A stretch of DNA of 32,000 nt from an uncultured archaeon. GTDB taxonomy: Archaea > Iainarchaeota > Iainarchaeia > Iainarchaeales > JAAZKV01. Below, piece by piece: positions 16,732 through 25,818 of this stretch. The DNA lies in NCBI GenBank assembly GCA_964551375.1, contig CAZKBG010000001.1, positions 540,001 to 572,000 of the forward strand, read 5' to 3'. The position numbers and the translations under genes were made by a program. The notes under the pieces were generated by a model. The model ran no database searches and had not been told where the DNA came from. It saw only the letters and a list, made by a program, of their open reading frames with translations. Positions within the stretch are counted from its first letter, which is position 1, and each line of letters starts with the position of its first letter.

Positions 16732-17532
16732 ATGGGAATTAGACCAGCAAAGTGCTATAGTAGTCAGAGAAACAAAAGAAGACTAAAAAGCGGAGCAAGA
16801 GGCCACGCAAGAAAATTAACACAGCAAAGAGCATACACAAGAATTGCAATTAACGTTCCTGACAGAAACTATATTGGAGCATCACCGCAGTTAAAGACAA
16901 GGCAATTCAACATGGGAAACCCTGTTTTGCCATACGACACAGTAGCTGATTTGGTTGTTGAAGAGTCACTTGATATTAGAGATAACGCTATTGAAAGTGT
17001 TAGATCAACTGTGAATAGAAAACTTGTAAAGGACCTTGGAAAAGACGCTTACTTTATGAAAGTAAGAGTGTACCCAAGCCACTTAATGAGAGAAAATAAG
17101 CAAGCACAGGGAGCAGGAGCTGACCGTGTTTCGCAGGGAATGTCGCTTGCGTTTGGAATACCAATCGGAAGAGCGGCAAGAGTAAGAGAAGGGCAAGTTA
17201 TTTTTAGCGTGCTATGCATGAAAGAACAAAAGGATATTGTAAAGAAAGCACTTCACAGAGCAAAAGCAAAATTCCCGTGCAAAGTTCACACAGAATTTCA
17301 CAATAATATTAAAAGTCTTGGAACTCTGCCTTCAAAAGCAATCGAAGAACTTGTTGTTGAAGTAAAGAAAGCAGAAGGATTGCCAGGCGCAGAAGGAGTA
17401 GCTGCTACAACAGAAGCAGGCGCGGTTACAGCAGACGCTGCAAAACAAGGCGTGGGCGGAAAAGCGCCAATGCCAAGCGCAAAAACAGAAGCAAAACCTG
17501 CAGCAAAGAACCCTGGAAAGAAAGGAAACTAA
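16732..17532 (+). CDS. rpl10e: Ribosomal protein L10e (uL16 family) with an Ala/Lys-rich C-terminal extension
   Basis: MGIRPAKCY...NMGNP...GKDAYFMKVRVYPSHLMRENKQAQGAGADRVSQGMSLAFGIPIGRAARVREGQVIFSV...KFPCKVHTEF. The extra C-terminus is EGLPGAEGVAATTEAGAVTADAAKQGVGGKAPMPSAKTEAKPAAKNPGKKGN. Confidence 0.92.
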   Translation: MGIRPAKCYSSQRNKRRLKSGARGHARKLTQQRAYTRIAINVPDRNYIGASPQLKTRQFNMGNPVLPYDTVADLVVEESLDIRDNAIESVRSTVNRKLVKDLGKDAYFMKVRVYPSHLMRENKQAQGAGADRVSQGMSLAFGIPIGRAARVREGQVIFSVLCMKEQKDIVKKALHRAKAKFPCKVHTEFHNNIKSLGTLPSKAIEELVVEVKKAEGLPGAEGVAATTEAGAVTADAAKQGVGGKAPMPSAKTEAKPAAKNPGKKGN

Positions 17533-17534
17533 TC

Positions 17535-17580
17535 TTTGGAATTGCTGCAAGCCTTTGCAGCATCCAAAATTATTTTTTTA
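17535..17580 (+). terminator. Hairpin plus T-rich tract downstream of rpl10e
   Basis: TTTGGA-ATT-GCTGCAA-GCCT-TTGCAGC-A-TCCAAA followed by ATTATTTTTTTA. It starts 3 nt after the stop codon. Confidence 0.6.
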
Positions 17581-17711
17581 AACCAGAAATACCAAAAAAC
17601 GCGCTAATTTTCCAAATTAAACTCATTTTATAAAAAAGCAAGGGCAAAACCTTTTAACCACTAAATACATCTATGTAATATCCAATAAATTGGCACTAGA
17701 AGGTGATGCAA

Positions 17712-20165
17712 ATGAAGAATATTCTTTGGTTTAGAGAAATAAACATGCAAAATGTTGAAGAAGTAGGGGGAAAAGGAGCATCACTAGGCGAAATGGAAAA
17801 CAACAACTTCCCAGTGCCGACAGGCTTTGTAGTAACAAGCGGAGCATACTTCTCATTTGTAGAAGAAATGAAAATCAAGGAAAAAATTATCGCAGCAATT
17901 GACGCAATTGATGTTGAAAACACAAACCAGCTTGAAATAGTAAGCGCGCAGATAAGAGAACTAATTGAAACCACAAGAATGCCTGCAAAAATCAAGCTTG
18001 AAGTAATTAATAATTATAGAATGCTAAGCCAAGCAGAGCCTGCATTAGTTGCTGTAAGAAGCTCGGCAACCGCAGAAGATTTGCCTGAAGCATCATTCGC
18101 AGGACAGCAGGAAACTTACCTAAACATCCAAGGAGAAGAAGATGTAGTAAAAGCTGTGCAAAAATGCTGGGCATCATTATTCACTGCAAGAGCGGTATAT
18201 TACCGAAAAAAACAGGGATTTAACACTGAAAAAGTAGGATTATGCGCAGTAGTGCAAAAAATGGTTGAAAGCGAAGTGAGCGGAATAATGTTCACAGCGG
18301 ACCCAACCGGAAATTTGAACACAATAGTAATTGAAGCGGGATTTGGACTCGGAGAAACAGTAGTTTCAGGAAGCATAACTCCGGACAACTATGTTGTAGA
18401 CAAACAAAGCGGCAAAATTTCATCAAAAAAAATGAACAGACAAGAATTCATGCTTGTAAAAGAAGGAAAAGAAAATATACAAGTAAATTTAGGACCTGGA
18501 AAAGCAAGCATGCAAAAACTTGCTGATGACAAAATCATTGAACTTGCAGAAATTGGAAAAAGAATAGAAGAACACTACGGCAAGCCGATGGATATTGAAT
18601 GGGCAATGGAAGGAAATGTATTATACATTGTGCAAGCTAGGCCAATTACAACACTAAATATGAAAGTAAAGGGAAGCACAGTAGAGACAACTGAAAAGCC
18701 GATAATTGAAGGACTTCCCGCAGCTCCAGGAGTAGTTACTGGATATGTTAAAGTTGTTCCTGAAATCAGCGATATTGAAAAAGTTGTAAAAGGAGATATT
18801 TTAGTAACAAAAATGACTTCGCCATCCTGGGTTCCTGTGATGAAAAAAGCAGCAGGAATAATTACAAACGAAGGAGGCAGAACATGCCACGCAGCAATTG
18901 TATCAAGAGAACTTGGAATACCATGCGTTGTTGGAACAAGCATTGCAACAACAACACTCAAAGACGGACAAGAAGTAACAATTGACGGATTCAACGGCAA
19001 AGTATACGCAGGAAAAATAAATATCACAGTTGAAAAGAAAGACACTGTTTTCAAATTTGATGAAGACGAAGTTGATCCTCTTGAAGACGCGCTAAAAGAA
19101 GAAGAGCTCACAGCAGGACCAGAAATACGCGGAAAAATAGAAGTAATAGAACGCGAATTTTCAGGAATTAAATACAAAGAAATGAACGCAACAAAACAAG
19201 ATGAGGAAAAAAGAGAACTACTTGAACTCTTAAAAGATTTATCAATAAAAGTTAAAGTAAATGTTGCGCTACCAGATGCAAGCGAAAGCGCCGCAGCAAC
19301 AAACGCTGACGGAGTAGGACTATTAAGAGCAGAGCACATGATTACAAACTCAGGAATGCACCCTGCCGAGTTCATAAGACAAAATAAAGATTTAGAACTA
19401 AAGGACACTGTAAAACAGGGAATAAGAGTAGTTGCAGAAAAATTCCCAAACAAACCGGTTTGGTTTAGAACATTTGACGCACGAAGCGATGAATACAAAG
19501 AACTAGTCGGTGGAGAAAAAGAGCCAAAAGAAGAAAACCCAATGCTTGGATGGCACGGAATAAGAAGAGACCTTGATGAACCAAGAATGTTCAAAGCCCA
19601 AGTGCTTGCAATAAAAGAACTATACGAAGAAGGACTAAGAAATGTTGGAATAATGCTTCCATTCGTTCAAAGCCTTGAAGAAGTACTTGGCGCAAAGAAA
19701 ATTGCAACAGAAGTAGGGCTCCCAGCAGCAGTTGATATAGGAGTAATGGTAGAAACACCAGGAGCAGTGTGGGTAATAGACGAATTAATACCGCACATAA
19801 AGTTTGTTTCATTTGGAACAAATGACTTGACACAACTAACACTGGGGATGGACAGAAACAACGAAAGAGTTCAGAAGAACTTTACTGAACTTCACCCAGC
19901 AATACTAAGACAGCTTGAATATGTAATCAAAAAATGCAAACCAGCAGGAGTTAGAACAAGCATCTGCGGACAAGCTGCATCAAATCCGGATATGGTAAAG
20001 AAACTAATCTGGTACGGAATAGATTCAGTATCGGCAAATATTGACGCGGTGGCGGAGATTAGAAAAGTTGTAATTGAAGAAGAGAAAAAGAAGGTGCTGG
20101 ATTTGTACAACAAACGCTACCTTCCAGTAACTCAACACAATTCGCTGATACTAAAAAATCTGTAG
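17712..20165 (+). CDS. ppsA: Phosphoenolpyruvate synthase
   Basis: WFREINMQNVEEVGGKGASLGEM, VAVRSSATAEDLPEASFAGQQETYLN, NEGGRTCHAAIVSRELGIPCVVGT and FGTNDLTQLTLGMDRNN...CGQAAS. ATG 17712 is preceded by AGGTGAT. Confidence 0.96.
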   Translation: MKNILWFREINMQNVEEVGGKGASLGEMENNNFPVPTGFVVTSGAYFSFVEEMKIKEKIIAAIDAIDVENTNQLEIVSAQIRELIETTRMPAKIKLEVINNYRMLSQAEPALVAVRSSATAEDLPEASFAGQQETYLNIQGEEDVVKAVQKCWASLFTARAVYYRKKQGFNTEKVGLCAVVQKMVESEVSGIMFTADPTGNLNTIVIEAGFGLGETVVSGSITPDNYVVDKQSGKISSKKMNRQEFMLVKEGKENIQVNLGPGKASMQKLADDKIIELAEIGKRIEEHYGKPMDIEWAMEGNVLYIVQARPITTLNMKVKGSTVETTEKPIIEGLPAAPGVVTGYVKVVPEISDIEKVVKGDILVTKMTSPSWVPVMKKAAGIITNEGGRTCHAAIVSRELGIPCVVGTSIATTTLKDGQEVTIDGFNGKVYAGKINITVEKKDTVFKFDEDEVDPLEDALKEEELTAGPEIRGKIEVIEREFSGIKYKEMNATKQDEEKRELLELLKDLSIKVKVNVALPDASESAAATNADGVGLLRAEHMITNSGMHPAEFIRQNKDLELKDTVKQGIRVVAEKFPNKPVWFRTFDARSDEYKELVGGEKEPKEENPMLGWHGIRRDLDEPRMFKAQVLAIKELYEEGLRNVGIMLPFVQSLEEVLGAKKIATEVGLPAAVDIGVMVETPGAVWVIDELIPHIKFVSFGTNDLTQLTLGMDRNNERVQKNFTELHPAILRQLEYVIKKCKPAGVRTSICGQAASNPDMVKKLIWYGIDSVSANIDAVAEIRKVVIEEEKKKVLDLYNKRYLPVTQHNSLILKNL

Positions 20166-20203
20166 AAAAAGATAAACGCTCAAAATTGGAATTTCTTTTT
20201 GGG

Positions 20204-20521
20204 CTAATAAAAAGTTGTGGTTGAGTCAAGAACCCACTTTTCAAAAGAACTATTAGCGTCAACAGTCCAAGATAAAATACAAGGAACCTCATAAGAGTGC
20301 ATTTCCTTGACTTTTGCATGAATACCGTTAATTAATGCAGGCTTTGTTTTGCAAACAGCAACAATCTCTTTCCCCTTTACAAGCTTCTTCTTCCACACAT
20401 ACATATTCTTTACTGGAATAAAATTAGCGCACGCAATGAGCTTATCCTTAACAAGAGCTGAAACAATCTTATCCGCTTCCTTTTCGTTCTTAAAAGTAAT
20501 ATAAACAATTGAAACTGCCAT
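20204..20521 (-). CDS. cutA: CutA1-like divalent-ion tolerance protein
   Basis: VYITFKNEKEADKIVSALVKDKLIACANFIPVKNMYVWKKKLVKGKEIVAVCKT...VKEMHSYEVPCI matches the CutA1 pattern. Confidence 0.9.
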   Translation of the reverse strand: MAVSIVYITFKNEKEADKIVSALVKDKLIACANFIPVKNMYVWKKKLVKGKEIVAVCKTKPALINGIHAKVKEMHSYEVPCILSWTVDANSSFEKWVLDSTTTFY

Positions 20522-20577
20522 AACAATAAAATAAGCAACAAACAGATACTTAATACTTTCTTGACATAGAGATTAAT

Positions 20578-21564
20578 ATGCTGAAAATAGAGCTGACAAG
20601 CGCAATCCGCGAATTAAAAAATAAAAAAGCAAAGAAAGTATTCTTGCAAATACCTGAAGGACTTAAAGTAAATGCTGAAAATATCATAGAACAGCTTGAA
20701 GAAAGAGGATTTGAAGTATTCGCATCAATGGACCCCTGCTTTGGAGCATGCGATTTAAAGCAAAAAGAAGCAAATCTAATGGAATGCGACACCATACTTC
20801 ACTTAGGGCACACAGCGTTTGTGGAAAAAACAAAAATGCCTGTTGTATACGCTCCACTGCATTATGAACTTGGAAATGAATTCTACAAAACCGCAAAAAA
20901 TCTTGCAGAATACTTAAATTTGAACAAAATAAAAAAAGTTGGGCTTACTACAACAGTGCAGTTTTTGGACTACTTGAAATTACTCCAAAGAGAACTTCAA
21001 AAAGACGGAATCACATCAGAGATTGGAAAAGGAAAAAGAACAATGGACGGACAGGTTCTTGGATGCAACTACTCAAGCGCGGAAGTCAAAGCAAACACAA
21101 TAATATATTTAGGAGACGGATTATTCCACCCGCTTGGCATACACTATGCGACAGGAAAAAGAGTAATCCTTGCAAATCCTTTTGATTCAAAAATAAAAGA
21201 GCTTTCAGACGAGAAAAATGATTTTTTGAAAAAAAGAATTATTTTAATTGAAAGAGCAAAAGACGCTGTAAACTTCGCAATACTTGTTTCAACAAAAGAA
21301 GGACAAAATAGGATTAGCGAAGCAAAGAAAATAAGAAAAGAACTCCAAAAAGCAGGCAAAACCGCAAAAATTTACTCAATGGATTTTATCTCAAACGACA
21401 CCATGCTTGGCGTAAAAGCGGAAGCATTCATTAACACTGCCTGCCCAAGAATCAGCATTGATGATTTTATGCAATACAAACTCCCGATAATAAATAAAAC
21501 TGAAATACCTTACCTGCTTGGAAAAAAGTCATACGAAAATTACAAACTTGAAGCAGTTTATTAA
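20578..21564 (+). CDS. dph2: Diphthamide biosynthesis enzyme Dph2 (2-(3-amino-3-carboxypropyl)histidine synthase)
   Basis: QIPEGLK, DPCFGACD, HLGH, VLGCNYSSA, LGDGLFHPLG and NTACPRISIDD supply the three conserved Cys positions of the Dph1/Dph2 family. Confidence 0.93.
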   Translation: MLKIELTSAIRELKNKKAKKVFLQIPEGLKVNAENIIEQLEERGFEVFASMDPCFGACDLKQKEANLMECDTILHLGHTAFVEKTKMPVVYAPLHYELGNEFYKTAKNLAEYLNLNKIKKVGLTTTVQFLDYLKLLQRELQKDGITSEIGKGKRTMDGQVLGCNYSSAEVKANTIIYLGDGLFHPLGIHYATGKRVILANPFDSKIKELSDEKNDFLKKRIILIERAKDAVNFAILVSTKEGQNRISEAKKIRKELQKAGKTAKIYSMDFISNDTMLGVKAEAFINTACPRISIDDFMQYKLPIINKTEIPYLLGKKSYENYKLEAVY

Positions 21565-21592
21565 AAAAAGTAAAACTTAAAGAGGGGTTAAT

Positions 21593-22063
21593 TTGCCGAT
21601 AAAGAAAAAAGAGCACAAACATCAAAAAGCAGAACTGCATTCTAATAATACAATTCACCAAGCAAATACAAATACCAACACAACCCGCCGAAGCAGCAGC
21701 TGGGCGGTTATTTCAAGCACAATAATGATGATAGTAGCATATCCTATTGGAACTTACGCCATCATCGGCTGGATTTTAACACTCGCACAGACAGGAATTA
21801 TATTTGGAAGCCAAGAACACATACTTTTGAGCGCGGCTGCAGTTATTCTAATTGCGCTACTTGGATTATTCGGCTCAAACGCAGTTAATGCGCTCCACAA
21901 ACTCGCGCTTCTTGCAATATTTATCTCAATTCCGTTCGGATTTTACAAAATAATTAAAACAATCCTCTTCGGACAAACTAATTACCATAATGAAATCGCA
22001 ATTGCATTCGGTATAATATTCTTTTTGATGATAATTTTAGTATTCAAACGAAATACTGATTGA
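21593..22063 (+). CDS. Hypothetical multi-pass membrane protein
   Basis: Polar, His-rich N-terminus (MPIKKKEHKHQKAELHSNNTIHQ...) followed by about 4 hydrophobic segments. TTG start. Confidence 0.55.
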   Translation: MPIKKKEHKHQKAELHSNNTIHQANTNTNTTRRSSSWAVISSTIMMIVAYPIGTYAIIGWILTLAQTGIIFGSQEHILLSAAAVILIALLGLFGSNAVNALHKLALLAIFISIPFGFYKIIKTILFGQTNYHNEIAIAFGIIFFLMIILVFKRNTD

Positions 22064-22103
22064 ATAGCCAAAAAATTAATTGTTTTTTATTTTTTTTAGC
22101 TTA

Positions 22104-22991
22104 TTACTCATCAAGCTGAACTTCATTTTGGGAGGCGGTTTCTGTTCGAACAATTGTGCCCTTAAATTCCTGCCCTCTTACAACCGCTTTAAAGTTCTCA
22201 AAATCGGTTCCGTTAATGAAAAATCCCCTAATTCGGCTTCTCCAAAGCATATTCGCAGCGTGAGGATCAATAAAAGTATGCGCGCCAGGCTTTGAAGACT
22301 GGGCTTTTAGAAGAGAAACCATTTTTGTGTGAGTCAATTCTTTATACATTTTAGCTCCCGGCTCTTTGGCAGGATCCGCAGAATAAATCCCATCCACGTT
22401 GCTTAAATTAATAAAATCCCCGTTCACTAACTCCGCAATAATTGCCGCAACAGAGTCAGTAGTCTGACCCGGAACAGAACCACCATACACAGGAGTCTTT
22501 TCAAGATGAAGAATATTATCAGCATCCTTTGGATCCGAAAGAACAGACTTCCACGCATTTTCAATCCCGTGAGTGAACATATACGCATTCGCTTTCGTAA
22601 TTGCAATTCCTGCCTCATCCATCTCAAAATTATTCCCGCCAAGAGCCTTCACTCCAGCCTGATAAACTCTAGCAATCCTTCCCCCGCCCACAACAAGGAC
22701 AAATTTATAGCCTTCCCTTCTAAGCTCATTAATTACTTCGCAAAACTTCGCAATTTCAGGCGCTCTTAATTTTTCATTAAAGAAAACACTTCCGCCAACG
22801 CTTAAAACAAAAGTCTTTTGAGAAGACGAACTATATTGGGAATAAACTGAAGAATAAGAGCTTGAAGACTGAGAAGAAGATGAATTTTCGCTTGGAGCGG
22901 AGCCTGAAGCGTAGGTTACATCAGAATTTGAATTGCCCCCGCCCTCAACAGGCCTAGGCGTGCCGTCCCATCTTTCAAATAAATCAAACAT
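22104..22991 (-). CDS. pyrH: UMP kinase (amino acid kinase fold) with a Ser-rich N-terminal extension
   Basis: FVLSVGGSVFFNEKLRAPEIAKF...KFVLVVGGGRIARVY...VYGGSVPGQTTDSVAAIIAEL...NLSNVDGIYSADP. ATG 22991 is preceded by GGTGGTGAG and sits downstream of TTATAAAAGG. The track's TTG at 23030 is probably upstream of the transcription start. Confidence 0.88.
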   Translation of the reverse strand: MFDLFERWDGTPRPVEGGGNSNSDVTYASGSAPSENSSSSQSSSSYSSVYSQYSSSSQKTFVLSVGGSVFFNEKLRAPEIAKFCEVINELRREGYKFVLVVGGGRIARVYQAGVKALGGNNFEMDEAGIAITKANAYMFTHGIENAWKSVLSDPKDADNILHLEKTPVYGGSVPGQTTDSVAAIIAELVNGDFINLSNVDGIYSADPAKEPGAKMYKELTHTKMVSLLKAQSSKPGAHTFIDPHAANMLWRSRIRGFFINGTDFENFKAVVRGQEFKGTIVRTETASQNEVQLDE

Positions 22992-23148
22992 CCTCTCACC
23001 ACCAAACAACGCGATTTTAGCTTTAGCCAATACCTTTTATAAGCTAACGAAACCGAAATTATATAGGTTTACTGGTTTAAATATTTACGCCTGATAAATG
23101 CGAATAAATAAGCCAAAAAAGCTGTATTAACTTAAATAATGTGATTTT

Positions 23149-24414
23149 ATGGGAAGCCCCGGAATGCCTCATCATGTGCTTGAAGAAGTGAGCGAAGCAG
23201 AGATGGCGGTTTTTAAGAAGAAACTCAAAATGCTTGAGGCAATAAAAGGAAGACACACTGAACTAATTACACAATACATTCCTCCTGGAACTGACAGAAG
23301 CACGGTAATGAATACGCTTAGCGAAGAAATTAACCAAAGCGGAAATATCAAGAGCCCTTCAACTCGAAAAAATGTTCAAGGCGCTCTGAGAAAAATAATC
23401 GGGTTTTTAAAAAACATAAATTTTAAGCTACCTGCAACTGGGCTTGTGGTATTTGCTGGAAATATTTCAGAAACTGAAGGAAGAGCGGACATTAGGTTAT
23501 TCACCATAACTCCGGTTAGACCTTTAAAAGTAAAATTATACTGGTGCGACTCTTCATTTCACATAGATCACTTAAAAGAAATGATGGCGCCAAATGACTT
23601 TTACGCAATAATGACAATTGACAAAAACGAAGCAACTATAGCGCAGTTAGTTGGAAGAAAATATGAAATGCTCGGGCATTTTACTTCAATGGTTCCTGGA
23701 AAATCAAGAGCCGGAGGGCAATCCTCGCAGAGATTTGAAAGACTAAGAGAAGAAGCAATGCAGGACTTTTTTAGAAAATCAGCAGAAAAATTCAACTCAT
23801 ACTTTGAGCCGTACATTCCCAGAATTAAAGGAGTATTAATCGGCGGGCCCGGAATGACAAAAAACTATTTCATGGAGAAAAAAGTAATCCACCACGAACT
23901 TGAAAAGAAAATCTTGGGCGTAATTGACACAGCATACACTGATGAAGGCGGAATAAGAGAACTTGTGCAAAAAAGCCAGGATTTACTAAAGGATTCTGAA
24001 CTTGTAAAAGAAAGGCAAATACTTGACAAATTTTTGGGAGAAGTTGCCAAAGACGGGCTTGCAACATACGGACAGGCTGAAGTGGAAAAAGCGCTTGACG
24101 AAGCAAGAGTATCAACCTTAATAATTTCAGAAGACATTCCTTGGAGCGTTTTTAGAATATTCTGCGAACACTGCCAGAAAGAAGAAATTGTAATTGTAAA
24201 AGAGCCTGAGACTTTTGAAGAATCAAAACTAAGGTGCTCAAAATGCGACTCAAAAGTTGAGACAACCGAAGAAATATCTTATCTTGATTATATGATTGAA
24301 AGAGCAAAAAATGTCGGCGCAGTTATTAGAGTAATAAGCACAGAAACAAACGAAGGCAAGCAGTTCCTTGAAGGATTCGGGGGACTTGCGGCGCTTGTGA
24401 GATATAAAATATAA
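23149..24414 (+). CDS. prf1: Peptide chain release factor aRF1
   Basis: GNIKSPSTRKNVQGAL (NIKS motif) and KSRAGGQSSQRFERLREEA (GGQ motif). Confidence 0.96.
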   Translation: MGSPGMPHHVLEEVSEAEMAVFKKKLKMLEAIKGRHTELITQYIPPGTDRSTVMNTLSEEINQSGNIKSPSTRKNVQGALRKIIGFLKNINFKLPATGLVVFAGNISETEGRADIRLFTITPVRPLKVKLYWCDSSFHIDHLKEMMAPNDFYAIMTIDKNEATIAQLVGRKYEMLGHFTSMVPGKSRAGGQSSQRFERLREEAMQDFFRKSAEKFNSYFEPYIPRIKGVLIGGPGMTKNYFMEKKVIHHELEKKILGVIDTAYTDEGGIRELVQKSQDLLKDSELVKERQILDKFLGEVAKDGLATYGQAEVEKALDEARVSTLIISEDIPWSVFRIFCEHCQKEEIVIVKEPETFEESKLRCSKCDSKVETTEEISYLDYMIERAKNVGAVIRVISTETNEGKQFLEGFGGLAALVRYKI

Positions 24415-24511
24415 ATTAATGAATAATAAAAACAATAAATGTAAAAATAAAATTTAAATTAATCAAGTTTCAATTAGCGACTTGTTTTAGAAGAAATATG
24501 AAGATGATTAT

Positions 24512-25771
24512 ATGGAAGACGTTTTTTACACAACAACTCCAGCGCTTAAAGCAAGAGTAAAACAGAGATACTCTGATTTCATGGTTGAAGAAGTGCTTGA
24601 AGACGGATATGTTTGCAAAATTGAAAGATTTAACAAAACCTTTGAGGAAAGAGGATTTAGAGAGCCGATGATGATTGCGGAAAGAAAAGGCGAAGAACAC
24701 CTTTTGCTTGACATGGAAAAAATTAACACTGATACTGCAAGCGCAATAGCATTTGTTTCAAGAGGACTAAACGTAAGCAAAAAAAGAGTAGGATACGCTG
24801 GGCTAAAAGACAAACGAGCAATAACCTGCCAAAGAATCAGCCTCTATATGCCTAACGCAGCGCTTGTGGAGAAATTTGGAATAAAGGGAGTGGAAATTAG
24901 AAACCCTGTATGGAGTAATAAGCGAATTGAGCTTGGAGAATTAAAAGGAAACAAATTCACGCTTGTACTTAGAGATATTTCACAAAATGAAGAAGAAGTG
25001 CGAAAAATTCTTGACGAATTTATTATTCAAGTTGGAAAAGGAGTGCCTAATTACTTTGGAAACCAGAGATTCGGCGGGAAAAGAATGATAACCCACAAAG
25101 TAGGAAAATTAATGCTCAAAGGCGATTTTGAAAAAGCAATAAAAATGTACTTGACTGAAACTTATGAAGAAGAAAAAGAGGATTTAAAGAATGCAAGAAT
25201 TAACCTTGCAAAAACATGGGACTACAAAAAAGCGCTCCTTGAATTTCCATTTGACGCAAGAAGCGAAAGAGCAATAATCAACCACTTAATAAGATACCCA
25301 AATGATTACGCCGGCTCATTTCAAACACTTACTAAAAAAATCAGATACCTATTCTCTCACGCAGTGCAGAGCGACATTTTCAATAAAATACTTGAAGAAA
25401 GAATACGCGAATTTGGAGGACAGGCGCTTGATGTTATTGACGGAGATGTACTCGTTGACGGAGTTCCTGCAATAATTCTTCCAGGATTTGAAAGCGCATA
25501 CGCAGGCGGAAAAGCAGGGGAGATTGAGAAAAGAGTGCTTGAAAGAGAAGGCGTGAACTTTAGCGATTTTAAAACAGAAAAAATGAGCGAACTCTCAAGC
25601 AAAGGAGACAGAAAAGCAATAAAATTAATTCCTGCTGATTTTAAAGTTGAAAAAATAGGAAAGGATGAATTTAACGAAGGAAAACTAACCGTAACGCTGT
25701 CATTTTTCTTAACAAAAGGAAACTACGCAACAACTATACTAAAAGAACTACTAAAAGAAGAAGTATTTTGA
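24512..25771 (+). CDS. truD: tRNA pseudouridine(13) synthase TruD
   Basis: DFMVEEVL, RVGYAGLKDKRAITCQRISL, VPNYFGNQRFGG and a C-terminal LIPADFKVEK...GKLTVTLSFFLTKGNYATTILKELLK. Confidence 0.94.
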   Translation: MEDVFYTTTPALKARVKQRYSDFMVEEVLEDGYVCKIERFNKTFEERGFREPMMIAERKGEEHLLLDMEKINTDTASAIAFVSRGLNVSKKRVGYAGLKDKRAITCQRISLYMPNAALVEKFGIKGVEIRNPVWSNKRIELGELKGNKFTLVLRDISQNEEEVRKILDEFIIQVGKGVPNYFGNQRFGGKRMITHKVGKLMLKGDFEKAIKMYLTETYEEEKEDLKNARINLAKTWDYKKALLEFPFDARSERAIINHLIRYPNDYAGSFQTLTKKIRYLFSHAVQSDIFNKILEERIREFGGQALDVIDGDVLVDGVPAIILPGFESAYAGGKAGEIEKRVLEREGVNFSDFKTEKMSELSSKGDRKAIKLIPADFKVEKIGKDEFNEGKLTVTLSFFLTKGNYATTILKELLKEEVF

Positions 25772-25818
25772 AGTTTGGTTGACTAAGTTAAATTTTCTAC
25801 AAATAGAAGCGTGAGTTT

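Noticed and set aside
18575-19594. 339-aa ORF antisense to ppsA
   Set aside because: Complement of a high-confidence CDS. Ser/Phe/Thr-rich composition with no domain signature is typical of shadow ORFs in this genome.
20166-20203. AAAAAGA...TCTTTTT and AAATTGGAATTT inverted repeats between convergent ppsA and cutA
   Set aside because: Short and AT-only with a poor loop geometry; expected by chance in this composition, at most a bidirectional T-rich terminator.
20059-20319. 86-aa minus-strand ORF overlapping the ppsA 3' end and cutA
   Set aside because: Overlaps the strong cutA and ppsA frames and has no recognisable motif.
22839-22930. Low-complexity tract that could be read as a tandem repeat or CRISPR-like element
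   Set aside because: It is the Ser-rich coding region of the pyrH extension, with no regular spacer-repeat structure.
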